Source: Bacteroidota bacterium (lineage in GTDB: Bacteria > Bacteroidota > JABWAT01). Taken from it: 64,000 nt of DNA. The notes beneath the pieces are model-generated. The model worked only from the letters and a program-made list of their open reading frames with translations. It was not told the DNA's origin and did not search any database. Position numbers and translations under genes: made by a program. The DNA lies in contig JAIUNL010000004.1 in the NCBI GenBank assembly GCA_020161835.1, positions 65,049-129,048 of the forward strand, in the 5' to 3' direction. Shown one piece after another: positions 27,151 through 37,014 of the stretch. Every line of letters starts with the position of its first letter. Within the stretch, counting starts at the first letter, position 1.

Positions 27151-28858
27151 TTCAACCTTTAACCTGATTTTTGTTGAGAGTTTAACCTCATCTTCCTATT
27201 TTCTTGAAAATGTAGCCGGAGAAAGTCCTTTGTCTTTTGTAACTGATGCTTTTAAAGCTGTTCATGCTGCCTTTCAGGAATTGAATGCCCAGGTTTCCAC
27301 ACTCCCGGCTGTCCGTCCGGCAATGATGAAACTTTTCAATGAAATTGTGAAGCTGGAAGCCGAACTGAAACGAAAAGAACAGCAGCCCGCCCCATCCGGA
27401 AAAGAAACAGAAACCCACCGCCGGCTTGAAAATGCCAAGTCAATTATCGCCGAAAAAAATCTTGAAAAACTCCTCGATTTTGCGGTGGATTCTCTGATCA
27501 GAATGACCGGCGCCGATCGTGGATTCCTGGCAAGTTTATCAGATGACGGAAATCTTGAACTTTATGCTGCCCGAAGCATCAGCAGCGGTGAAATCGAAGA
27601 TCCCAACTCCCAAATCAGCAAAACCATTCTTAGAGAAACCCTGGCTGCAGGAACGATCAGGCAGGTACAATCTGGGGAAGACGGATTTCAGTATCTGTCC
27701 ATCATGAACCTCAACATCGGGTCGGTGCTTTCTTTCCCGATCAGCGATGACGGCAAACCGGTTGCCATTTTATATCTCGACAGAAAAACGGGGAATAACC
27801 CTTTTGACAGTTCCAAAAATCTGGAACTAATGGAATTCTGCCAGATGCTGGCACCCAAACTCCGCCAGTTGAAAATCATGAATGATCTGGAAACCCGGGC
27901 TGCAGAAGAACCCGAAACTGAATTTATTTTCCCCGGCGTTACCGGGCAATCGGGCGTTTTCAGGGATATCATCAAAATGACAAAACGGGTTTCGGTCACC
28001 GAGGCTTCGGTTTTAATTCTCGGCGAAAGCGGAACCGGAAAAGAACTGATTGCCCGTGCGATTCACGATAATTCCAAACGGAAAACAGGTCCGTTCATTG
28101 CGGTGAACTGTTCGGCCATCCCGGCAGAACTGATTGAATCAGAACTTTTCGGTTATGAAAAAGGTGCCTTTACCGGCGCCAATGCAAGAAAACCCGGGAA
28201 GTTTGAACTTGCGGATAAGGGAACCATTTTTCTGGATGAAATCGGGGATTTAAGTCTCGATCTGCAAAGCAAGTTCCTGCGTGTTCTTCAAACCCGCCAG
28301 CTTGATATTCTGGGCGGAAAACAACCCCTGCCGCTGGATGTGAGAGTGATTGCTGCCACCAACCGGAATCTTAAACTCATGGCAGAAAGCCAGAAATTCC
28401 GTGAAGATCTGTATTACCGGCTGAATGTGGTTTCGCTGACCCTTCCGCCACTCAGAAGCCGCCGGACGGACATTCCGGTTCTGGTTCATTACTTTATTGA
28501 AAAAATCAGAGCCAGAATGGGAGAAACTCCCTACCTGATTACCGATGAAGCACTTGATGTTCTGATCAATTACAAATGGCCGGGCAACATCAGAGAACTG
28601 GAAAATGTAATCGAGCGTGGCATGATTCTCTGTGAAAATTACCGGATTGAACGCCGTGACCTTCCGCCGGAAATTCTGGAAGATGCACCACCGGCGCCCA
28701 CATCAGAAGAACTCAATTTTGAAGATCTGGTATCCGACTTTAAACAGGAACTGATCGCAAAAGCCCTTCACAAAGCCAATGGTAACAAGAGTTTAGCTGC
28801 ACAGATGCTGGGCATTTCACGTAACTATTTCCATCAATTGCTGAATAAGCAAGCGTGA
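27140..28858 (+). CDS. sigma-54-dependent transcriptional activator with GAF sensor domain and C-terminal Fis-type HTH
   Basis: [15 protein letters not shown] Walker [16 protein letters not shown] (GAFTGA sigma-54 contact), C-terminal [20 protein letters not shown]; N-terminal start uncertain (ORF-track start is TTG inside the repeat array). Confidence 0.8.
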   Translation: MSQISTFNLIFVESLTSSSYFLENVAGESPLSFVTDAFKAVHAAFQELNAQVSTLPAVRPAMMKLFNEIVKLEAELKRKEQQPAPSGKETETHRRLENAKSIIAEKNLEKLLDFAVDSLIRMTGADRGFLASLSDDGNLELYAARSISSGEIEDPNSQISKTILRETLAAGTIRQVQSGEDGFQYLSIMNLNIGSVLSFPISDDGKPVAILYLDRKTGNNPFDSSKNLELMEFCQMLAPKLRQLKIMNDLETRAAEEPETEFIFPGVTGQSGVFRDIIKMTKRVSVTEASVLILGESGTGKELIARAIHDNSKRKTGPFIAVNCSAIPAELIESELFGYEKGAFTGANARKPGKFELADKGTIFLDEIGDLSLDLQSKFLRVLQTRQLDILGGKQPLPLDVRVIAATNRNLKLMAESQKFREDLYYRLNVVSLTLPPLRSRRTDIPVLVHYFIEKIRARMGETPYLITDEALDVLINYKWPGNIRELENVIERGMILCENYRIERRDLPPEILEDAPPAPTSEELNFEDLVSDFKQELIAKALHKANGNKSLAAQMLGISRNYFHQLLNKQA

Positions 28859-28970
28859 GGGGAAAGCTGTTAGCTGTTGGCAATTAGCTGTTAGGTAAAT
28901 CCGAAAAAGGCTCAATGCGTAAGGCGTAAGTTTTAAGCGTCAAGGCTTGAATTTATAATTTAATAAAATG

Positions 28971-29034
28971 ACCGGACACTGAGCGGTACTTCGACTCCGC
29001 TCAGTAACCAAGTCGAAGTGCCCGGTTATTTTTA
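28971..29034 (+). terminator. nested hairpin (ACCGGACACTGAGCGG...CCGCTCAGT...AGTGCCCGGT) followed by TATTTTTAC
   Basis: Seen in sequence ~110 bp after stop of the activator gene. Confidence 0.5.
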
Positions 29035-29102
29035 CAAGTTATGTGCCTTGAGATGCAATTCGGGCAGGTGTTGGGGGAATGTAAACATGGAATCATTTTG
29101 AA

Positions 29103-32100
29103 ATGAAAACGATAAGACTTTTCATCATTTTGATTTTCATTTTTCCCGGAATTGGTTTTTTATTTTCCCCTATTGTCTTCAGCCAGGATTTTGAAAACTT
29201 CTCCGTAGATCAGGGGTTACCTCAAAGTACGGTTTTCTCCATTATTCAGGATGATACCGGGTTTTTGTGGTTTGGCACTGCCGACGGACTGGCACGGTTT
29301 GACGGTTACTCCTTTTTCGTATTCAGAAATGATCCCGCAGATTCAACTTCACTTCCTGCCAACCCCATTACCGGTCTCTACACGGGAATAAACGGTGATT
29401 TTTATTCGAATTCGTTTTCAACCTTTTTCAGCTACCAGAGTTCAACTCAAACCTTTTCGAAAATCCGGATTCCGGGCAATCCAATTCAGGGCGTAACCAG
29501 TAAAAAGGCTTTTTATTTCACGAATGAACTGTTGAACGAATATGATCTGAAGTCAGGTTCAGTCAAAACACTTTCGCCCTTTAAAGGTTCAGTGAGTCAA
29601 ATCTACGGATTCCACTCTTTTTCTTCTTCAGTTTCAGCTTGTATTTCCTTCAAAACACTTTCGGTCTTTGTTGACGGAAAACAAAGTCACTCCTTCTTGT
29701 TTCCCCTTCCCTTTAAGCAAGCTGAATGGATTGAAATTTCCGGCGATTCAGAAACCCTTTTTCTTGCAGGAAAAGGAGCTAACAACTCCCTTTTGGTTTA
29801 TTCATATTCCCTGTCGACCAAAAAATTAGAGCTACTGGGTGACACTTCATTTAAATTTCAACCCAATGAGGCCATCATTTTTTCCGGACTTGGGGTTAGC
29901 CGTGACCAGAAAATTTGGATTGCAATTCACAATTTTGGTTTGATTCAACTGGATGCGAATTCAAAGAAAGTGGTTCGGGTTTTTAAAAAAAGTGAACATG
30001 CCCTTCCAACTGATTTATTAACTTCTTTACTAATTGATAAAAGTCAGAATCTTTGGATTGGAACTGATGGAAACGGCGTTTTTAAACTTGATCTGAAACC
30101 ACCCAAATTTAAACTTTTCCGTTCGGGTTTGGATAACATGACCAAAGCCATCTACAGCACCGGTGACGGAAAAGTTTGGGTGGGTTCATATTCTGCCGAT
30201 GGCGGACTGAAGCTTTTTGATCTCAAAACGGGTGAGCTTTTAAAAAACTGGAAGCATCAGCCAGGGAAACCAACCAGTCTTCCCGATAACCGGATTGCCA
30301 CGATTACTCCCGGTAAAAATGGATTTTTATGGATTTCTACAGAAAAAGGGCTATGCCGGTTTGATCCGGTAGCTGGAACAGTCAGGAGATTTACTTCCTA
30401 CAGAATTACGCCGGGCACCATCGATTATCATGTTTGGATTGGTGAAGATACTAAGGGCATCGGATGGATACTTACCCCTTCAGGTCTTGCAAAATTGGAT
30501 CAAACCTCCGGTACTTTTCATTATATTGATTCATTTTCAACGGATCCGAATAAAAGATTGGATGTCTGGCAATTGAACGGACAGTTTCTATCGGATACAA
30601 GTTTGGTCTGCATTTCACCGGAAGGACTCGTTTTTTTCAATACCCAAACGGAGTTGAAACGAATAATCAGAACCTTACCCGGACTTACGATCAGTCTGAA
30701 AAATCTCAGATTGAAAACTATTTTAAAAGAAAGTGAAAATCGGTTCTGGATCGGAACGGAGAATGGGTTGATTTGCTGGAACCTGCAGACGAACAAAGCC
30801 TGGCTCCTGACTGAAAAAAATGGTCTCCCCAACCATTTTATTTACCGGATGGAAATTGAAAATAAATCTCGGCTGTGGGTGAGCAGCAACAAAGGACTTT
30901 TTTCTTTTCAAATCAAACTGGCCGATTCATTTGATGCAGATCCGGTTTTTCTGGATGTTGAACAATACAGCACCCGGCAGGGAATTCAATCCAATGAGTT
31001 TAATTCGGGAGCAAGTTTCAAGGATCGCAACGGGTTTCTTTATTTTGCCGGTATTGGCGGACTGAATTACTTTCATCCGGATTCTTTAAATCAAAACCAA
31101 TTTAGACCAACAGTTGTCCTTACCGATATCCGGATCAACAACCTACCTTTTGCGATGGATTCATCTGTCACAGCAAAGAAAAACCTGATTTTATCGCATG
31201 ACCAAAATACGATTTCAGTTGATTTTGCTGCACTTGATTTCAGTCATCCCGATTTAAACCGGTTTCAGACCAAACTTGAAGGATTTGATTCTGATTTTGG
31301 ACCTGTAACAACAAACCGAAGCATCCGATACACCAATCTCGATCCTGGCAACTATCGGCTGCTAATCCGTGGAAGCAATCCGGATGGAATCTGGTCTGAC
31401 TCCGACCGGATCCTGATGATTGTCATTCAACCTCCATTCTGGAAAACAACCTGGTTTCTTGTTGCTGCTTTTTTTGTTGTGGTCGCAATCGTCATCCAAA
31501 CATCCAGAATGATAACTTCCCGGAAAGTAAAAAAGGCAGTCGCTGATTATGAAAGAAAACTTGAAGTTGAAAAGGAAAAAGAACGTGAACGAGCCAGAAT
31601 TTCACGGGATATGCACGATGATGTCGGGGCTGGACTCACAAAAATTGCGTTGACTTTGCAAGGTTACCAACACAAAAAACACCTTTCGGGTGAAGATGAT
31701 CCTGATATCCAAAAAGCGGCATCAACAGCATCCGGGTTGATAGACAACCTCAGCAATATTGTCTGGGCGTTGAATCCCTACCATGATCCTGCCGAAAATC
31801 TGGCAGGATATTTCAGAACTTACGCATCAGACTGGTTTCAAAATACAAACATTGAATGCCGGTTTGTTTTTCAGGATCCGCTTCCTGACATCAAATTACA
31901 CGCTGAAATCAGACGGACATTGTTTCTGGTTTACAAGGAATCTCTGCACAATATTCTGAAATATTCCGGTTGCAGCGTTGTTGAAATTAAACTTAGTATT
32001 TCTGAGGGAAAGATTTTCTTCAGTGTTTCAGACAACGGTATTGGTATTCAGCCGGAAATTAAAAGTAAAAAAGGAAATGGCCTGATTAACATGAAACGAC

Positions 32101-32183
32101 GGATTGAAGAAATCAACGGAACCTTTGTCATTCAAAGTGTACCCGGGAATGGAACTCAAATTCAAATCGAAATTCCCGTTTAA
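29103..32183 (+). CDS. sensor histidine kinase with N-terminal periplasmic two-component-regulator beta-propeller/Y_Y_Y region
   Basis: Propeller repeat signature (LPQSTVFSIIQDDTGFLWFGTADGLARFDGYSF), TM segment near residue 770, HisKA_3-like ISRDMHDDVGAGLT and HATPase (NGIGI...GNGLINMKRRIEE); 1026 aa. Confidence 0.8.
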   Translation: MKTIRLFIILIFIFPGIGFLFSPIVFSQDFENFSVDQGLPQSTVFSIIQDDTGFLWFGTADGLARFDGYSFFVFRNDPADSTSLPANPITGLYTGINGDFYSNSFSTFFSYQSSTQTFSKIRIPGNPIQGVTSKKAFYFTNELLNEYDLKSGSVKTLSPFKGSVSQIYGFHSFSSSVSACISFKTLSVFVDGKQSHSFLFPLPFKQAEWIEISGDSETLFLAGKGANNSLLVYSYSLSTKKLELLGDTSFKFQPNEAIIFSGLGVSRDQKIWIAIHNFGLIQLDANSKKVVRVFKKSEHALPTDLLTSLLIDKSQNLWIGTDGNGVFKLDLKPPKFKLFRSGLDNMTKAIYSTGDGKVWVGSYSADGGLKLFDLKTGELLKNWKHQPGKPTSLPDNRIATITPGKNGFLWISTEKGLCRFDPVAGTVRRFTSYRITPGTIDYHVWIGEDTKGIGWILTPSGLAKLDQTSGTFHYIDSFSTDPNKRLDVWQLNGQFLSDTSLVCISPEGLVFFNTQTELKRIIRTLPGLTISLKNLRLKTILKESENRFWIGTENGLICWNLQTNKAWLLTEKNGLPNHFIYRMEIENKSRLWVSSNKGLFSFQIKLADSFDADPVFLDVEQYSTRQGIQSNEFNSGASFKDRNGFLYFAGIGGLNYFHPDSLNQNQFRPTVVLTDIRINNLPFAMDSSVTAKKNLILSHDQNTISVDFAALDFSHPDLNRFQTKLEGFDSDFGPVTTNRSIRYTNLDPGNYRLLIRGSNPDGIWSDSDRILMIVIQPPFWKTTWFLVAAFFVVVAIVIQTSRMITSRKVKKAVADYERKLEVEKEKERERARISRDMHDDVGAGLTKIALTLQGYQHKKHLSGEDDPDIQKAASTASGLIDNLSNIVWALNPYHDPAENLAGYFRTYASDWFQNTNIECRFVFQDPLPDIKLHAEIRRTLFLVYKESLHNILKYSGCSVVEIKLSISEGKIFFSVSDNGIGIQPEIKSKKGNGLINMKRRIEEINGTFVIQSVPGNGTQIQIEIPV

Positions 32184-32245
32184 TATACTCCAAATGGAGC
32201 ATTGTTTTCATTCAGCCATCTGAGTACTTTCATGTCGGAGAAACT

Positions 32246-32884
32246 ATGAAAAATAAAACCGTCATTCTGGTAGAAGATGATCCCGATCTGCAGGAGTCCA
32301 TTGGTCAGATTATCAGACAATTGCCGGGTCTGGATCTGATAAAAATTATTGGTGACGGTTTGGAAGCGGTAAATATCATTCCGGATTTACATCCCGACCT
32401 CATTTTTATGGATATTAATCTGCCGGGTTGTTCTGGCATTGAGTGTTGCAGTACGCTTTTGGCAGAAAATCCTGAAATTCTTATTCTGATGCTGACCTCT
32501 TTTGAAGATGATGACTCCGTTTTTAATTCTCTGAAGGCCGGTGCAACCGGATATCTGATCAAAAAAGATCTTACCCTGAAATTAAAGGAAGCTGTAGAAG
32601 ATTTACTTACGGGCGGATCGCCAATGTCACCATCCATCGCAAGACGGGTTGTCAATTCCTTCAGAAAACCCGAACCTGCTGCAAACCAGCAACTCGACAC
32701 CCTGACTTCCCAGGAAGAAAAAGTACTTCATTTGCTTTCAAAAGGATATCAATACCGCGAAATAGCCAATGAGCTTTTTATCAGTACGTTCACCGTCAAA
32801 ACCCACCTTCGAAATATTTACAGAAAACTTCAGGTCCGCTCTGGTACCGAAGCAATTCTGAAATTATTCAATAAACCTTCCTGA
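32246..32884 (+). CDS. response regulator, NarL/FixJ (LuxR-type HTH) family
   Basis: REC domain (ILVEDDPD, DLIFMDINLPG) + LuxR HTH (EKVLHLLSKGYQYREIANELFISTFTVKTHLRNIYRKL). Confidence 0.85.
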   Translation: MKNKTVILVEDDPDLQESIGQIIRQLPGLDLIKIIGDGLEAVNIIPDLHPDLIFMDINLPGCSGIECCSTLLAENPEILILMLTSFEDDDSVFNSLKAGATGYLIKKDLTLKLKEAVEDLLTGGSPMSPSIARRVVNSFRKPEPAANQQLDTLTSQEEKVLHLLSKGYQYREIANELFISTFTVKTHLRNIYRKLQVRSGTEAILKLFNKPS

Positions 32885-32963
32885 ACAAAATACTCCATTC
32901 GGCTGATTTCTTCATTTCTGATTTGTCCCGATTTTTCAGTCAGAAAAACCAAACGGAGAAATC

Positions 32964-34052
32964 ATGAAAAAGCTGGTCGTTTTACTTTTATTTGTTTGTG
33001 CAGGTCTTCCTCTTTTTGCTCAGGATGATGACTGTGATCCAAGTTCTTCTATGGAAGATCTTTTCGCCTCAAAACGAACTGAATTTGGCCCGAACTGTAT
33101 GCAATGGGCAATTAATATTGCCATGAATGTTAACCATAACCGTAGTTTTGCTTTGGCTGACGGTAGTTATGTTCCTGTTTTCTTTGCTCAACGAAAAGAA
33201 AGTCCGTTGCCCGGAGGAGAATGGTCAACCACCTTCCGTGAAACAAATAATTGGATTGGTCAATCCTCAAAAGGATATGAGGTTTTCTCAAGACCCGGTT
33301 CCATCATGAATCTTGGACCCATGATCAGCATGGAATTTTATACTCTGAGTCTGGATACCGGAATTATCAAAGTTGACATCAATAAAATCCTAAAAACGGT
33401 CAGGGATGAGTATGATGACTTCGAAGATGAATTGAATGTGACGGTTACTCCTCACTACGAAGAAGGCCAACTTTATTGTAAAGTAACAGGAAATATCATG
33501 CTTCTTGAAGGATTAAAACCGACGAAAGCCGGCGATATTATTTCCTATTTTTATATGTGGGTTGCAAATTTCGTTAACTATACAATCAAGTACGACGAAA
33601 ATGAAGCTGCAAAAAAAATCGGCGACATGAAGTTTGATTTTTGGAATAAGACCCAGCTTGGTGCAGCTCTAAAAGTTGGAGATATGGTTTCAAAAGGTAA
33701 TGAAGTCAAAGACGGACGATTTGTCTGGAGTCAGAGTGAAGGTGAGAAAGTTATCCAGGTTGATAATTTTGGAACAGAATGTTTCGTTTACATTCAGGTT
33801 AAAAACTCGACCAAAGAAATTAATACTAAAGTGGTAGAAAAATTAAACACCTGGGTGACAAAGAAAAAACCAAAATTGGCAGAATCGGCCGAAGTTAAAC
33901 TTTATGGCGATACTCCCTGGGTTTTACTGAAATTTAAAATTGCAGGAAAAACGGGTTCTGACTTGTATGAAGACATCAGAGAAGATGTGATCAATGATTG
34001 GGGAGATGATTTTATTGAAGAAGCAGAAGATGTTGTTGATGATTTAAAATAG
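32964..34052 (+). CDS. hypothetical secreted protein with acidic C-terminus
   Basis: Signal peptide (LFVCAGLPLFAQ); 362 aa; no recognisable motif. Confidence 0.4.
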   Translation: MKKLVVLLLFVCAGLPLFAQDDDCDPSSSMEDLFASKRTEFGPNCMQWAINIAMNVNHNRSFALADGSYVPVFFAQRKESPLPGGEWSTTFRETNNWIGQSSKGYEVFSRPGSIMNLGPMISMEFYTLSLDTGIIKVDINKILKTVRDEYDDFEDELNVTVTPHYEEGQLYCKVTGNIMLLEGLKPTKAGDIISYFYMWVANFVNYTIKYDENEAAKKIGDMKFDFWNKTQLGAALKVGDMVSKGNEVKDGRFVWSQSEGEKVIQVDNFGTECFVYIQVKNSTKEINTKVVEKLNTWVTKKKPKLAESAEVKLYGDTPWVLLKFKIAGKTGSDLYEDIREDVINDWGDDFIEEAEDVVDDLK

Positions 34053-34248
34053 GGGCGTTTTGATTGGAAAATTCTAAACTCTAAATACATGGATCCCGGA
34101 TCAAGTCCGGGATCCAGCATTTTCCCCTTCCTATTTTCCCCAACAAAATCTTTCAGATTATCAGATTCAAATATTGACTATTAAAAAAAGGAAGTTAACC
34201 TTTATTATCATCTAAAATGTAAAAGAAAATCACTAATCCGGGTGCAGA

Positions 34249-36687
34249 ATGAACCGATTCCTCCTTAATTTATTCAACCCTTCTTTTTTATTTTTTCTTT
34301 TCTTTCTCAACCTTCTCTCCATTCACCCCGCCTTCGCTCAGGAATCTCTTTCCGGGTTTTCATCCTTCAAACAAACCGGACGAAGTCTTCTTTTTTCAAC
34401 CGAAACCGGACAAAAACTCAGGATTACGCCATACGGCAATTTTATCGTCCGTGTTCAGGCTGTCAGAAAAGATGAAGATTTTTTCCCGGATGATTACACC
34501 GAAATGGTGGAATCGCACAATTGGACGGGACAAATTTCCGCAGATGAAAAGTCCGATCGCTTTATTCTGAAAACAAACTCCGGGGATGGCCTTTCCCTTC
34601 AGGTTAGCAAAAATCCGCTGAGACTTTCCTTTTTCCAAAACAATCTTTCTGTTCCTTTTCTGCAGGATAAAAACGGTATTCAGTGGCAACAGGATACACT
34701 TTCGGTTTCTTTTCAGTCAGATTCATCAGAACATTTTGCCGGTTTGGGTCACACCTATTTTGCCAGAACCGATAAACTGGATCTGAAGGGTGAAAAAACC
34801 AGCCGGAATTATGGCACTGAACATCATCAGCAGGCACCTCTGATCGTTCCTTTCTTTCTATCAGGAAAAGGTTACGGCATCTTTCTTAACAGCACTTTTC
34901 CCAACTCTTTTTCTTTCGGTAAAGACGGAAAGTATGAAATTTCGGTTTCTGGTGGACGGATGGATTATTTCGTCATTGCCGGACCCGAGCTCACCGACGT
35001 TCTTGACCGGTACACCCAACTCACCGGACGGCCACGGTTTCCGCCAAAAGCTGCTTTCGGACTTTCACTTTCTGACAAGGGAAACGATCACACCTCAACG
35101 GATCCTTCAGATGAAAACTGGTGGAAACGAAAAATCACTGAACACCGGGCAGCTGGATTCCCGATTGATCATATCGTGAACGACAACCGGTGGCGTGCAG
35201 GCGGCGGACAAAGATGTCTTTCCCGGTTCGACTGGGAATTAACCCGTTACCCGGATCCGACCGAGTATCAAAGTTGGGTTCAGAAAAATCACCTTTTTGT
35301 CACCCTCGATTTTAACCGGTGTATCGCCAGCCACAGTGAAGGCTGGAAACCGGATTATCTCATTCCCGCCTCCGGAAAAATTGATTTCAGTGACAGTGCG
35401 CCGGATTTCACGAAAAGGGAAGTGCGTGACTGGTTCTGGAATCTCTTCTGGACAAAATCACTGAATCCGGAATAGAACTATCCGGGAGATGCTTTGTGGA
35501 TTGATGAGTTCGATGAAATGGGCGCTGCACCTGATTCTATGATTCTGGGCAACGGAAAAACCTGGAAGGAAATGAAAAATTACTGGTTTTTCCTGATCGC
35601 CAAATCTTTAGTCGCCGATGGCTGGGATAAAAGCTTTAAGGAATCAAAACGTCCGTTTGTCTGGGTGAGAGGGATGACGGCAGGTGCCCAACGGTATGCG
35701 ACGTTGTGGAGCGGAGACATCAGACCCACAACTGACGACATGAAAACTCAGGTACGAAGTATGCAATCGGCCGGACTTTCAGGCTTTCCGTTCTGGGGCC
35801 ATGATGCTGGCGGATTTTACAACTGGGAAACCAAAAACGGTTCGGATGACCATCTTTACCGGAACTGGTCAATGGCGTTTGGCAGTTTTTCCCCAACCTG
35901 GAAACCCCACGGCGTGGGTGAGTCCCGCTGGCCGGTTGACCGTTCCGCTGAAGTTCAGAAAGATGCAAAAACTTACAGCCGGTTGCGTTATGAACTGATG
36001 CCTTACTTTTATACGTATGCCCACCTGGCTTCTGAAACCGGAATTCCGATCGCCAGAGCCATGATTCTTGGGTTTTCGCAGGAGCCTGAAGCATGGAAAC
36101 GGGATCTGCAATATATGTGGGGGAACGAATTTCTTGTTGCACCCAACTGTTCAGACAGTGACCGGGTTTCAGTCTGGCTTCCGGGCGGATCATGGTTTGA
36201 TTTCTGGAGTGATTCTCTTTTTTCCGGAAATCAGGTTCTTTCCTATCCGTCACCTACCGGAAAACTTCCTCTTTTTGTGAAAGCCGGATCTATCCTTCCG
36301 ATGACGAATTTTGCCCTCAGCACCGGCTCCCTTCCTGCAGATAGTTTAACAATTCACATCTACACCGGGAAAAACGGATCGTTCACTTTGTACGAAGACG
36401 ACGGACTTACTGAAGGTTACCGACATAAAGAAAAACGAACAACTGAAATCACCTTCAATCAGGATCAGATGTCGGTTACCGTTTTGCCAGCCAATGGAAC
36501 TTACAAAAATGCACCAGCCCAAAAAGCCTGGACGTTTGTCTTTCACGGATTTAAAAAACCGGTTTCTTTTTCAGTGAACGGAAAAAAAACAAAAACAAAC
36601 TGGGATCCTGTAAGGAAATTCCTTTCACTTTCGGCGGGCAGTTTTTCTGTGTTGGAGGATATTGAAGTGGTAATGGTTCGGGAATGA
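34249..36687 (+). pseudogene. glycoside hydrolase family 31 (alpha-glucosidase/alpha-xylosidase-like) interrupted by a single in-frame TAG at 35473-35475
   Basis: ORF-track fragments 34249-35475 and 35494-36687 are in the same frame; sequence spanning the stop (..SLNPE*NYPGDALWIDEFDE..) matches the GH31 nucleophile region of the intact paralog (GIWTDLGEPE); downstream GHDAGGF acid/base-region motif. Confidence 0.55.
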
Positions 36688-36699
36688 GTGAACTAACTA

Positions 36700-36960
36700 G
36701 ATTAGGTTCTCCCCTTTCAAAAAGGGGAGATGCCGAAGGCAGAGGGGTTTGGTTTTTAAAGTCTGCCAGCGGCGAAAAATGCGGGTCAGGTTCTTTTACT
36801 GTCATCCCGGATGTCGAAGATCCGTCCACCGACGGAATCCGGGATCCAGTATTTTTTCTAATTAATTCAAATACACGGTGGGATGGATTTGCTACGCACA
36901 TTGCATGACCCGTCTTTCCGTCGGTTGACGGATTTACAACACGGGAATGACAGCCCCATG
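36700..36960. repeat. intergenic cluster of small palindromic elements (CTCCCCTTTCAAAAAGGGGAG; GTCATCCCGGAT..ATCCGGGATC; CCGTCGGTTGACGG)
   Basis: Seen in sequence; the minus-strand 138-aa ORF here is probably spurious. Confidence 0.6.
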
Positions 36961-37014
36961 AGCCCAATCAAAAAAGTATAATTAACTCTCGAAGTAAAAG
37001 GGAATTTAAATCAA

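Noticed and set aside
35473-35475. In-frame TAG in GH31 as evidence of an alternative genetic code or pyrrolysine
   Set aside because: TAG clearly terminates other well-supported genes in the window (14206, 20609, 34052) and no pyl genes are present; nonsense mutation or sequencing error is more parsimonious.
36551-36967. 138-aa minus-strand ORF after the GH31 pseudogene
   Set aside because: Lies entirely within an intergenic cluster of palindromic repeat elements; translation is Pro/Ser-rich low complexity with no motif; treated as spurious.
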